DNA of 54,178 nt, counting the filler, from Theionarchaea archaeon (GTDB taxonomy: Archaea; Methanobacteriota_B; Thermococci; Methanofastidiosales; SZ-28-30), in the NCBI GenBank assembly GCA_018992565.1. It is 4 parts of 4 records of this genome, joined end to end, with 100 filler letters (N's around TTAATTAATTAA, not from the genome) between each part and the next. Parts side by side here need not be neighbours in the genome. Positions count along the whole stretch, not along the records: positions 1 to 22,994 come from JACVGW010000043.1; 3 more parts are not named here. One strand, 5' to 3'. The notes under the pieces were generated by a model. It ran no database searches. It saw nothing but the letters and a program-made list of their open reading frames with translations, and was not told the origin of the DNA. Below are positions 9,497 through 19,222 of the stretch, one piece after another (position 1 is the stretch's first letter; every line of letters starts with the position of its first letter). Position numbers and translations under genes: made by a program.

Positions 9497-11476
9497 TTGA
9501 GAGTGTTAGTAACTTCAGCCCTACCCTACGTCAATAACATCCCACATCTGGGGAACTTGATCCCTGTGCTGTCAGCGGATGTTTTTGCTCGATTCAAAAG
9601 GCTTAAAGGAGAAGAGACTCTGTATATTTGTGGAACCGATGAGCATGGTACTGCCACGGAGACTGTGGCTATGCGGGAGGGTATGACACCTCAGGAGGTC
9701 TGCGACAAGTACTACAAAATCCACAAGGAAAGCTATGAATGGTTGAATATATCTTTTGATCATTTCGGGAGAACGTCCAGACCTTACCAGCACAAGATCA
9801 CCCAGCATATCTTTCTGAAGCTGTATGAGAATGGATACATTTTCGAAAGGGAGCTGGAACAAACATATTGTCCATCCTGTGAACGGTTTCTGGCAGACAG
9901 GTACATTGAGGGAGAGTGCCCTCACTGCGGATACGAACATGCACGGGGGGACCAGTGTGAAAACTGCGGAAAAGTATATGACTCTAAAGATTTGATCAAT
10001 GCGAAATGCTCCATATGTGGAGAACGCCCCATCATCAAGAAGACTCAGCATCTGTTTCTGGACCTCCCCCAGTTTGAGGAATGTCTCCTGGACTTCATTG
10101 AAGAGAGGAAATCTGTCTGGTCCAACAATGCAGTGAACTTCTCCATTGCCTGGATCAAAGAAGGGCTGGAACCACGCTGCATCACCCGTGATCTGGAGTG
10201 GGGAGTCCATGTTCCTCTACCTGGATGGGAGCACAAGGTGTTCTACGTGTGGTTTGATGCATGCATCGGGTACATTTCCATAACCCAGGAATATTGCCAC
10301 GAGACACATACAGACTGGGAAGAATGGTGGAAAGACCCTGATAATGTGCTTCTATACCAATTCATGGGGAAGGATAATATCCCCTTTCACACTGTAATTT
10401 TTCCTGCTACCCTGATGGGAACTAGAGAAAGATACACTCTGCTGAACCAGATTTCAGTGAACGAATACATAACCTATGAAGGAGGTGCCTTCTCCAAATC
10501 CAGAGGAATAGGAGTCTTCTGTGACGATGTCATGTCCTCGGGATTGCCTCCAGATGTGTGGAGATACTACCTGTATATCAACAGGCCAGAAAAGCAGGAT
10601 TCAGACTTTTACTGGGAGGACCTGCAGGAGAAGACCAATACTGAACTCGTAGGAAACCTGGGAAACTTTGTGTATCGTACCCTCAGTTTTGCCCACCGAT
10701 ACCTGGATGGGCACATAGCAGAACAAGAATTGAATGAGCAGGACAGGATCTTTCTCCAGGATATTGCACAGCAGATTGATTCAGCAGAACAAGCTCTGGA
10801 AGCATGTGAATTAAAGACAGCCCTCAAGACTATCATGGTAATCTGCCGCATGGGGAACCAGTACTTCCAGGAGCATGAACCCTGGAAACAGAAAGACACC
10901 AGGGAGAAGACAGTGTACGTCTGTGCAAATGTGGTTGCCAAACTGGCAATATTGCTGGAACCATACATCCCTCAAACCTCACAGACGATGTGGAACCAGT
11001 TGAACCTTTCTCAGCCGCGTGTCTGGAACCTCGCCAGGACTCTTCCTGTATCTCATACCACAATTGAAGCTCCAGAACTCCTGTTCACTCCCATAGAAGA
11101 TGAATTCATCCTGAAGATGAAAGCTAAATATGGAGGGAAAACCGTGGAATTGAAACAACCCATACCCTATGAGCACTTCGAAAAACTTGACCTGCGAGTT
11201 GGTGAAATTGTCAAGGCGGAAAGCCACCCCAATGCAGACAAACTGGTGGTCCTGACTGTCAATATCGGACAGCCTGTTACCGTGGTGGCAGGAATCAAGC
11301 AATGGTACGACCCTTCAGACCTTGTGGGAAAGAAGGTTGTGCTACTGGCCAACCTCGAACCCATAACGTTGAGGGGAGTCAAGTCCAACGGCATGATTCT
11401 GGCAGCCCAGGACTCCAGTGGCGTGTCATTGCTGTCTCCTGACAAACCAGTAGCCCCTGGCTCCAAGGTCTTGTAG
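9497..11476 (+). CDS. metG: Methionine--tRNA ligase with C-terminal tRNA-binding domain
   Basis: ALPYVNNIPHLGN, zinc-knuckle CxxC pairs, FSKS, C-terminal Trbp111-like domain; TTG start after GAGGTGA. Confidence 0.97.
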   Translation: MRVLVTSALPYVNNIPHLGNLIPVLSADVFARFKRLKGEETLYICGTDEHGTATETVAMREGMTPQEVCDKYYKIHKESYEWLNISFDHFGRTSRPYQHKITQHIFLKLYENGYIFERELEQTYCPSCERFLADRYIEGECPHCGYEHARGDQCENCGKVYDSKDLINAKCSICGERPIIKKTQHLFLDLPQFEECLLDFIEERKSVWSNNAVNFSIAWIKEGLEPRCITRDLEWGVHVPLPGWEHKVFYVWFDACIGYISITQEYCHETHTDWEEWWKDPDNVLLYQFMGKDNIPFHTVIFPATLMGTRERYTLLNQISVNEYITYEGGAFSKSRGIGVFCDDVMSSGLPPDVWRYYLYINRPEKQDSDFYWEDLQEKTNTELVGNLGNFVYRTLSFAHRYLDGHIAEQELNEQDRIFLQDIAQQIDSAEQALEACELKTALKTIMVICRMGNQYFQEHEPWKQKDTREKTVYVCANVVAKLAILLEPYIPQTSQTMWNQLNLSQPRVWNLARTLPVSHTTIEAPELLFTPIEDEFILKMKAKYGGKTVELKQPIPYEHFEKLDLRVGEIVKAESHPNADKLVVLTVNIGQPVTVVAGIKQWYDPSDLVGKKVVLLANLEPITLRGVKSNGMILAAQDSSGVSLLSPDKPVAPGSKVL

Positions 11477-11558
11477 ACAGCTCACGACTGCCTCTTCACA
11501 CCTATTCGCGAGAATCGCGAAGAAATCACCGAAATCGCCCCCCACATATATAGGCTAA

Positions 11559-11594
11559 TTGTAATATTTACAACAACACCGAAAGCTTTATATA
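11559..11594 (+). promoter_or_regulatory. Palindrome plus BRE/TATA promoter
   Basis: TTGTAA-TAT-TTACAA (11559-73) followed by GAAAGC TTTATATA (11581-94). Confidence 0.6.
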
Positions 11595-11616
11595 GGAGGC
11601 GGAGGTACTAGAAAGT

Positions 11617-11730
11617 GCTCGCGATTATGCCCCCAAGTGTGAAGACACACAGTATCCTCTCCTTTTCCTCCAGGGGCCGAATCCGAGAATGGGCTCCTTG
11701 GATCTCGGGGCCCTCGTATTTTATTTTTTT
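11617..11730 (+). ncRNA. Candidate small structured non-coding RNA
   Basis: Begins about 30 nt after the TATA box; GC-rich stems; ends in TTTTATTTTTTT; the next gene has its own TATA at about 11801. Confidence 0.5.
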
Positions 11731-11830
11731 GTATTCACTTGAGGGTTGTCACGTTGCCGTCTCAGGCCACAGCAAAGATCTGCTGTCTGGAAATGACAAC
11801 TTTTATATGGAGACCCAACCATCCATTGAT

Positions 11831-12862
11831 ATGAAAAAGCTGTTCCTGCTATTCATCATTTTGAGTCTCGCTCCACTGGCAGCAGCTCAATCAGAGGTCA
11901 TCTACTTCTACGAGGAAGGGTGTCCTCAATGCACCAAAGTGTCACTCATCCTCGACCATCTTTCAGACGAAGGCACTATCAACGTCACTGCATACGATGT
12001 GGGAACAGTGGAAGGGTTTGAGAAGTTCAAAGAGTATGGATTCACCTACACGCCAGCCCTGGTGATAGAAGGACAGAAGCTTGCAGGTGAGATCGAGCTC
12101 GCTGATATCATGCAGGCCCTTCGCGGAGGAGTTCCCTGGTTCTACTGGGTTCTTGCATTAATACTGGGAATGGCATCAGGACTATCTCCCACTCTGATGA
12201 CCCTGCATTCTGACATTATCAGCGAAGTGGCCAGGACTACACGGGATGAACTTGATGTTCTGCTACGCTCACTGGTGTTTTACGCAGGAATCTTTGCGGT
12301 CATGACGGTGCTCTTCTTGATATTGAATGACGGAGACTATGCGCGATTGGCTGCTGCGGTCTTAGGATTCGCCTGTGCCATCAACTTGATGAATGCAGGA
12401 CTGCATACCTTCAATTCCTATACCAAAATCGACCTCTATATACGGGCCCATTTTATCAGTCTCAATTCTCTTTCCACGCTGAAACTTGGATTCCTGCACG
12501 CGGTTGCCAAATTCCCGGACTCTGCCCCCCTGTTCATGGGCATTATTTATTTGGCTGCTCTCAAGGGGAAGTTCGTCTACGACATTGGACTGTTTATACT
12601 ATTCCTGACAGGAATCACTGTTGCATTTGTCCTGGTTCTTCTTCTGGCTATGGCCCAAATCAGCTCATTCAAATCCTTAAGCAGTCAGTCGTTGAGCAGG
12701 CTGTACTTCACCAGTGCAGGAATCGGGGTGATGTGTGTTTCCATACTCCTGTTCTGGGAGACTGTTGAGTCCTTTAACATAATCGTGGCATTTGTGATAG
12801 TGCTGTTGGCATTGGCGGCAGGAGGTCTTCTCATCGGCTTCAAGAGGAGACTTATCGTGTAG
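11831..12862 (+). CDS. Secreted thioredoxin/glutaredoxin domain fused to a CcdA/DsbD-like membrane domain (degenerate)
   Basis: Signal peptide MKKLFLLF, CPQC, YTP cis-Pro, 6-7 TM; real start ATG 11831 after TTTTATAT. Confidence 0.75.
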   Translation: MKKLFLLFIILSLAPLAAAQSEVIYFYEEGCPQCTKVSLILDHLSDEGTINVTAYDVGTVEGFEKFKEYGFTYTPALVIEGQKLAGEIELADIMQALRGGVPWFYWVLALILGMASGLSPTLMTLHSDIISEVARTTRDELDVLLRSLVFYAGIFAVMTVLFLILNDGDYARLAAAVLGFACAINLMNAGLHTFNSYTKIDLYIRAHFISLNSLSTLKLGFLHAVAKFPDSAPLFMGIIYLAALKGKFVYDIGLFILFLTGITVAFVLVLLLAMAQISSFKSLSSQSLSRLYFTSAGIGVMCVSILLFWETVESFNIIVAFVIVLLALAAGGLLIGFKRRLIV

Positions 12863-12913
12863 CTCACTCAAGGATGCGTAAACCTTTTTAAGGAGTCCTG
12901 CTCATGACCTGTC

Positions 12914-14095
12914 ATGAAAAAGTTGATCATATTTATCATTCTCACCGGGCTGCTGCTGGCCCCTGTTACAGCGGAGAAAATCGAGATAGTCATGTTTCAT
13001 ACTCCAGGCTGTGATTTTTGTGCTCAGGTGGAGGAATGGCTGGACGAGTTAAAGGCTGAATATGGAGACGACATAACAATCAGGACAGTTGATGTCACAT
13101 CCAGAGAAGGGTGGAATGAGTTTAAGGGCTACGGGTTCTCACTGACACCTGCGGTGGCAGTCAATGGAGTCAAGCTCGAGTCTGAAGAGATCACCAAAGA
13201 AAGCCTGATTGCGGCCATTGAAGAGGGAGGTCAGGAACAGGAATCTGAAAAATCCATCTCATTCTTAACATTAATGTTTGGAATCCTATCTGGGACAACA
13301 GCATGTGTTTTGGCAGTGGCAGCATTCATGTTTGCCATGGTAACCAGCAGACAGAGCAAATTCACCAGCATCCTGCTGACAGCTATATCTTTTGGACTGG
13401 GACTCATAGTAGTCTTCATGGTAATGGCCGTAATCCTGGGCATAGGATCTTATTCGCTCACTGGAGGAGCTGCATCTACCGTGCGCTTCTACGTTTCACT
13501 GGCACTGGCATATGTTGTTCTCGTCCTGGGGTTAAATCAATTCAACTATGCATTTGAGGTTGTGAAACTTCCTATATCTACAAAAAAGTTTTTTGAGCGC
13601 ATTCTTGAGGGGACCTTGGGAAGAATGGGATATCTTGGTGCATTTCTGTTCGGCATTCTGTTTGCACCTGTCAAGCTCCCCTGTGCTATTCCTGCATTAG
13701 GACTCGTGATGGAACGAATCCTCCTTAAGGGAGACCTGGTGGAAGGACTGGCCCTTGCTGCAATCTACGGTGTTGGTGTACTGATTCCCCTGATTGTGGT
13801 AGCCATTATCAGTGGAGGTTCTGCTCAATACGCTTCCAAGTTACGGTGGAGTGAAACGTACAGGAAAGTGAGCTGGGGTATAGGAGGAACTATAGTTCTT
13901 ATTGTGGCTGCCTGGATCTTCTGGAATACCTTCAAGATTCCCCCGGAAGTCACGTCAGAGCACTACATTGCACTGGCAGGATTCGGTGTCGCAACTGCAG
14001 TGATCACGGTTCTCTTCATTAGGTATGGTGCAATTGTCACCAAGAGTAAGACATGGAAGAGAGCTTCCAGGGCCCTGCATAAGAAATTCCGCTAA
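12914..14095 (+). CDS. Secreted thioredoxin domain fused to a CcdA-like disulfide-transport membrane domain
   Basis: Signal peptide, CDFC, TM cysteines in SGTTACVL and KLPCAIP, GAFLFGILF. Confidence 0.85.
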   Translation: MKKLIIFIILTGLLLAPVTAEKIEIVMFHTPGCDFCAQVEEWLDELKAEYGDDITIRTVDVTSREGWNEFKGYGFSLTPAVAVNGVKLESEEITKESLIAAIEEGGQEQESEKSISFLTLMFGILSGTTACVLAVAAFMFAMVTSRQSKFTSILLTAISFGLGLIVVFMVMAVILGIGSYSLTGGAASTVRFYVSLALAYVVLVLGLNQFNYAFEVVKLPISTKKFFERILEGTLGRMGYLGAFLFGILFAPVKLPCAIPALGLVMERILLKGDLVEGLALAAIYGVGVLIPLIVVAIISGGSAQYASKLRWSETYRKVSWGIGGTIVLIVAAWIFWNTFKIPPEVTSEHYIALAGFGVATAVITVLFIRYGAIVTKSKTWKRASRALHKKFR

Positions 14096-14162
14096 ATCGA
14101 AAGAGGTTACAGGGTCTGCATTCCCTCACTTCACATCCGAATGCAGCTCCTGGACTCTATTT

Positions 14163-15509
14163 TCATGTTCCCGGCCACACCTGGTTAAATGCGCCTTTTG
14201 GGAATCCACAGAAGGGGCACTTTTCAGGAGGCTCAGACCCATAGTGGATGTATCCACAGACTCTGCAGCGGTACGCCTTTTTCCCTGGCAACCCCTCTCT
14301 GGCATCTTTTTCTGGATTATTCCCCCATAGCCTGGGCAGGTCTTCCAGCGCAGGCATAATAGATCTGTGTTGATTTTTTATCAGCCGTGATAGTAGTATC
14401 CGCTGTATTTCGCTTGTCCCTTCATAGATCATCAGCACCCGAATGTCCCTGTAGATTTTTTCTACTGGATAGAACGCAGTATATCCATATCCTCCCAGGA
14501 CCTGGAGGGCATCACTGACCACCTGAAAGGCAGCCTCCGACCCATAAAATTTGGATATGGAGGCAGCAATGGTAGGGTCCCTTCCCTGATCAGCCTCCCA
14601 GGCCGCTTTCCATGTCAAGAGGCGAGCAGTCTCCACCTTTTGAAACATTTCAGCCAATTTAATTTGAATTGCCTGGAAATTTCCAATTTCATCACCAAAT
14701 GCATGGCGTTTTTTGGCGTAATCCATAGCAAATTCCATGGCTGAACGCGCAGCACCAGTAGCAAAGGCGCCAATGATGGGACGAGTTCTTGAAAAAGTCT
14801 GCATTGCCAAGATGAACCCTGCTCCTGGCTCAGCAATGACGTTTTCCTTGGGAACACGTACATGATCAAGTTCCACGCCTGCAGTATTGGAAGTTCTGAG
14901 CCCCAGTTTGGGAATGGGACTACCCGTGGTAACCCCTTCCCAATCTTTCTCCACCAGGAAGGCACAGACCCCCGCGTGGCGGCTCTTGGGATCCGCAGTG
15001 GCAAAGAGAGAGAAGTAATCTGCATACCCACCGTTGGTAATCCAGTACTTGGTGCCAGTAAGAATCCAGTCATCACCATCCTGTTCCGCCCTGCAGCGAA
15101 TACCTGCAACATCAGATCCCATGACAGGTTCTGAAGTGGCGAAACTGATGAGCTTGAAATTGTTGACAATCTCCGGAAGGTATGTCTCCTTCAGGTGCTG
15201 GTTATCTGAAAGAATTACAGGTTCTGCTCCCAGAGAATTATCGAAAATCGAAGTGGCCACTCCCACGCATGCAGCAGCAATCTCTTCCACTGCTACTGCG
15301 TGGTCAATGAGACCTCGCCCCTCTCCTCCATGTTCTTTGGGAATCCCCATGTTCATCAATCCTCTGTCAAATGCTCTTCTCAGAAGAAAATAGGGCATTT
15401 CATCAATGTGGTCAAAATACCCTACAACAGGAAGAACCTCTTCCCGTGCGAACGTGCGAGCCTTCTTCTGAAGGTCGAGCTGTTCTGGCGTTAAGGTAAA
15501 ATCCAACAT
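14163..15509 (-). CDS. Acyl-CoA dehydrogenase with C-terminal rubredoxin-like domain
   Basis: FATSEP, GTKYWITNG, QVLGGYGY, IYEGTSEIQR; tail CRVCG...CPFCG. Confidence 0.93.
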   Translation of the reverse strand: MLDFTLTPEQLDLQKKARTFAREEVLPVVGYFDHIDEMPYFLLRRAFDRGLMNMGIPKEHGGEGRGLIDHAVAVEEIAAACVGVATSIFDNSLGAEPVILSDNQHLKETYLPEIVNNFKLISFATSEPVMGSDVAGIRCRAEQDGDDWILTGTKYWITNGGYADYFSLFATADPKSRHAGVCAFLVEKDWEGVTTGSPIPKLGLRTSNTAGVELDHVRVPKENVIAEPGAGFILAMQTFSRTRPIIGAFATGAARSAMEFAMDYAKKRHAFGDEIGNFQAIQIKLAEMFQKVETARLLTWKAAWEADQGRDPTIAASISKFYGSEAAFQVVSDALQVLGGYGYTAFYPVEKIYRDIRVLMIYEGTSEIQRILLSRLIKNQHRSIMPALEDLPRLWGNNPEKDAREGLPGKKAYRCRVCGYIHYGSEPPEKCPFCGFPKGAFNQVWPGT

Positions 15510-15680
15510 TCAACTCACCTTCTTATCAGGACTGGCAGAAGAGACTCTGTAGCAGTGAGTCTGCCAGTGTCAGTACGACATATATATTTCAGAGTCAGTG
15601 CATAAAAGGATACCCATCCGTGCCCTCTTTCATCAGAGTCCATGCTTCAGAGAGGCAAAGAGAGCTGCCTGAACTGCACC

Positions 15681-16316
15681 CTAGTCGGTGGATCTCTTTT
15701 TCCATATCCTGAAGACATCAGCAGGATCTCCTCTTGCCTTACATTGAATTTCTTCTACCTTGTGGGCATGTCCTGTAATCCATTCCAGAGATGTCTCAAG
15801 GTTACCAACGTAAACATGGCAGGAAGGATTCTCCGAGACTATCCCTTCGCTGGTATAGCTGTCCTCATCAATGAACAAGAAATAATCCTTCTCTTCCCTC
15901 AGTTCTATGTGTGGTATTCCCTTTAATGAAGGTATTCTCCTATCAGATTCCTCTGCAAACCGTTCAAGGGATAATCGCATCTGTCTTACCTCTGGGAGAA
16001 GTTTGATTGCAAGTTTCATTGATTTTACCACAGCAGGACGCTTTTCCAAAAAAGTAAATGTCATTCCACGTCCAATCCTCAAAAGAATGCCCCGTGCACC
16101 TTTCTCACCAAAGAGGTCTATGAGAGACTGATGCAGCTTCCTGAGATCCTCTCTTGGAATTTCCAGCTCATCATTATCAGGGGGAAGATTGTTGATATAC
16201 TTCTCCAGGCCACCATAGTTCAACACTGAATTCAGTCCTTGAGACCCCAAAATATTCTGTATTGTATCAAGATAGACTCTCATCAACGTGTTATCAACCT
16301 GGTTCCTTTCTGACAT
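15681..16316 (-). CDS. V4R (4-vinyl reductase) domain protein
   Basis: GLNSVLNYGGL, GARGILLRIGR, PSCH...EEIQCKARGDPADVF; GAGGAGG RBS. Confidence 0.8.
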   Translation of the reverse strand: MSERNQVDNTLMRVYLDTIQNILGSQGLNSVLNYGGLEKYINNLPPDNDELEIPREDLRKLHQSLIDLFGEKGARGILLRIGRGMTFTFLEKRPAVVKSMKLAIKLLPEVRQMRLSLERFAEESDRRIPSLKGIPHIELREEKDYFLFIDEDSYTSEGIVSENPSCHVYVGNLETSLEWITGHAHKVEEIQCKARGDPADVFRIWKKRSTD

Positions 16317-16714
16317 TAGTAGTGCCTCCTCTTAAGAATAGCTGCCCATGAAAGACTCTTTTCTCCGATTGTCTTTCAATTGCGTTACTATGTCACCTAC
16401 TCCTAATACACTTCTCTCATTTCTCATCCCAGCACGTTGACCATGTTTTTTCCCCTTTTTCGTAGAAATTTAAGTTTATAATTATATGTTCCACCTATAA
16501 CAGCAACTTGTTCAGAGGCTGTTCTCTCACACTGCTTTGAGGAGAGATATGAAGATCAGGATACACAGGGAGAGTAGATGGTCTCAGCATGACCCATTAA
16601 GGAAATTCGCCGTCGCTATACAGGATCCATATCTTTAGCAGCAACATCCAGAAGGTTCTCTGGCATCCTCAGGTAACCGCATACTCTTTATAGGCTGAAT
16701 TCTTTAGATGAACA

Positions 16715-16967
16715 ATGAACTTAGAGGTAAGAGATACTGCAGAAAAAATCAAGAAAATGGAAATACGTGGAGCTGGCCCGATTGCCAGAGCTGTGGCACA
16801 GGGGNNNNNNNNNNNNNNNNNNNNNNNNNNNNNNNNNNNNNNNNNNNNNNNNNNNNNNNNNNNNNNNNNNNNNNNNNNNNNNNNNNNNNNNNNNNNNNNN
16901 NNNNGCCATTCTCATTTTGACTGAGCAGTACGGGTGGAAGATTTCAGAAAAAGAGCCATGGGAGTAA
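16715..16967 (+). CDS. Ribose-1,5-bisphosphate isomerase (eIF2B-like); middle lost in an assembly gap
   Basis: N-terminus AEKIKKMEIRGAGPIARA and C-terminus ILTEQYGWKISEKEPWE* flank the gap 16805-16904. Confidence 0.8.
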
Positions 16968-17188
16968 CCCACTGTGACTCCTGGAGCATTTTCATACTCC
17001 TAGGAGGTATGTATGACTGAGATTGGGAGGCAAAAAACCAAGAAAGACCCACATCTCAAGAAATCCCACGAAAGATCAGGAGCCGTGATCTACTAAAGGC
17101 AACCTGGGTGAGCTGACAGGTCTCACTGTATCGCGTGCCTGTCGAAACCTTTAAAATAATCACTCTCAGAAAGTGTATAGTGGTACTA

Positions 17189-18826
17189 ATGACATCAATT
17201 GAAGATCTAAAAAAGAAGTGGGAAGCTCAGGAACTGAAAGAACGTTCAAAGTCATTTGCCACCATCTCTGGCATCCCCATATCTGCAGTGTACACACCTG
17301 TAGACGTTGAAATTGATTATTGTGAAGACCTGGGATTTCCAGGAGAGTACCCCTTCACCAGAGGAGTATACCCCACCATGTACAGAGGAAGATTATGGAC
17401 CATGCGCCAATATGCGGGGTTTGCTACAGCAGAAGAATCCAATAGACGATACCGGTACTTGCTCTCACAGGGGCAGACTGGGCTCAGTGTGGCCTTTGAT
17501 CTGCCGACACAAATAGGGTATGACTCAGATCATCCCTTTGCAGAAGGAGAGATTGGAAAGACAGGAGTAGCCATTGACACATTGAAAGACATTGAGATTC
17601 TGTTTGACCAGATCCCCTTGAACAAGGTTTCTACCTCCATGACTATCAACGCGCCTGCTGCTGTTTTACTGGCTATGTACATTGTCCTGGCAGAAAAACA
17701 GAATGTGCCCATGAATCAGATTTCCGGGACAATTCAGAATGACATTCTCAAGGAGTATATTGCCAGAGGAACCTATATCTTCCCTCCGGGTCCATCCATG
17801 CGCATCATAACTGATATTTTCGAATATTGTTCAAGAAATGTCCCCCGGTTCAATACAATTTCCATTTCGGGGTATCACATCAGGGAAGCTGGATCCACTG
17901 CAGCACAGGAAGTAGCCTTCACCCTGGCTAATGCCATAACCTATGTGGAAGCTGCCCTCTCCAAGGGATTGGACGTGGATGCTTTTGCTCCCCGACTATC
18001 CTTCTTCTTCAATGCTCATATTGACCTGTTTGAGGAAATTGCCAAATTCAGAGCAGCCAGGCGGCTATGGGCCAGGATCATGAAAGAGCGATTTCATGCT
18101 GAAGATCCCCGGTCCCTGATGCTGCGGTTCCATACGCAGACTGCAGGATGCTCCCTGACTGCCCAGCAGCCAGAAAACAACATTGTAAGGACCACGCTGG
18201 AAGCTCTATCTGCCGTTCTGGGTGGGACCCAGTCACTGCATACAAATTCCATGGATGAAGCCCTTGCCCTACCCTCAGAGAAGGCAGTACGAATAGCTCT
18301 CAGAACTCAGCAGATTCTGGCATATGAATCTGGAGTCCCCAATACCATTGACCCTCTGGCAGGCAGCTACTTCATTGAGAACATGACCTGTGAAATTGAA
18401 GAACAGGCCCAGGATTACATCAAGAAGATTGATTCCATGGGAGGAGTACTCAAAGCCATTGAAACGGGGTATATCCAAAGAGAAATCCAGGAAAGCTCCT
18501 ACCAGTACCAGAAAGAAGTTGAATCCAAAGAACGGACAGTTGTGGGACTCAATGACTTTGCGGTAGATGAACCTGTGACTATTGATATTCTGAAGGTAGA
18601 CCCCGAAGTGGAAAAAAGACAGATAGAACGTCTCACACAAACCAAAAGAGACAGAAATTCAGGAGACGTAGAAAAGGCACTTCGTGCTTTGGAATCTGCC
18701 GCTGAAAAAGATCTGAACCTGATTCCTCCCATTATCGAAGCCACCAGGCAGTACGCCTCCATTGGGGAAATCTGTGGCGTGTTGCGGGAGGTCTTTGGGG
18801 AGTATAAGGCACCTGTCGTATTCTAG
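17189..18826 (+). CDS. Methylmalonyl-CoA mutase, large (substrate-binding) subunit
   Basis: [47 protein letters not shown]; no B12-binding domain. Confidence 0.95.
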   Translation: MTSIEDLKKKWEAQELKERSKSFATISGIPISAVYTPVDVEIDYCEDLGFPGEYPFTRGVYPTMYRGRLWTMRQYAGFATAEESNRRYRYLLSQGQTGLSVAFDLPTQIGYDSDHPFAEGEIGKTGVAIDTLKDIEILFDQIPLNKVSTSMTINAPAAVLLAMYIVLAEKQNVPMNQISGTIQNDILKEYIARGTYIFPPGPSMRIITDIFEYCSRNVPRFNTISISGYHIREAGSTAAQEVAFTLANAITYVEAALSKGLDVDAFAPRLSFFFNAHIDLFEEIAKFRAARRLWARIMKERFHAEDPRSLMLRFHTQTAGCSLTAQQPENNIVRTTLEALSAVLGGTQSLHTNSMDEALALPSEKAVRIALRTQQILAYESGVPNTIDPLAGSYFIENMTCEIEEQAQDYIKKIDSMGGVLKAIETGYIQREIQESSYQYQKEVESKERTVVGLNDFAVDEPVTIDILKVDPEVEKRQIERLTQTKRDRNSGDVEKALRALESAAEKDLNLIPPIIEATRQYASIGEICGVLREVFGEYKAPVVF

Positions 18827-18838
18827 GAGGTGACAATA

Positions 18839-19222
18839 ATGAACATACATCATATTGGAATTGCCGTGAAATCACTGGAGAGAGCACAGTTCTGGAACCA
18901 ATTCTTCAACTTGGAGACTGAAGATATCAAAGAAATCCCTGACCAGAAAGTGAAGATTGCCTTCATACCAATTGGAGAAAGCAGGCTTGAACTATTAGAA
19001 CCTACACAGGAAGGGCCTGTATCCTCATTCCTGGAAAAAAGAGGGGAAGGGATCCATCATCTGGCCATTGAAGTGGAAGACATTGAAAGTGTTTTGAGAG
19101 CCATGAAAGCCGCAGGCATCGCCCTCATTGATGAGACTCCCCGTCTGGGAGCTGAGGGGAAGATCGCCTTTGTCCATCCCAAGAGCACAGGAGGCATCCT
19201 ATTGGAGCTGGTGGAGCCGTAA
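18839..19222 (+). CDS. mce: Methylmalonyl-CoA epimerase
   Basis: [46 protein letters not shown]. Confidence 0.93.
   Translation: MNIHHIGIAVKSLERAQFWNQFFNLETEDIKEIPDQKVKIAFIPIGESRLELLEPTQEGPVSSFLEKRGEGIHHLAIEVEDIESVLRAMKAAGIALIDETPRLGAEGKIAFVHPKSTGGILLELVEP

Noticed and set aside
9396..11646. 11-nt complementarity between the C/D-like guide (GTCTTCACACT, ~9396) and the candidate ncRNA (AGTGTGAAGAC, ~11636)
   Set aside because: Matches of this length are expected by chance in 54 kb, and part of the match overlaps the presumed D box.
11615..11830. 72-aa N-terminal extension of the thioredoxin-CcdA ORF
   Set aside because: The signal peptide and TATA spacing place the start at 11831; the extension crosses a terminator-like T tract.
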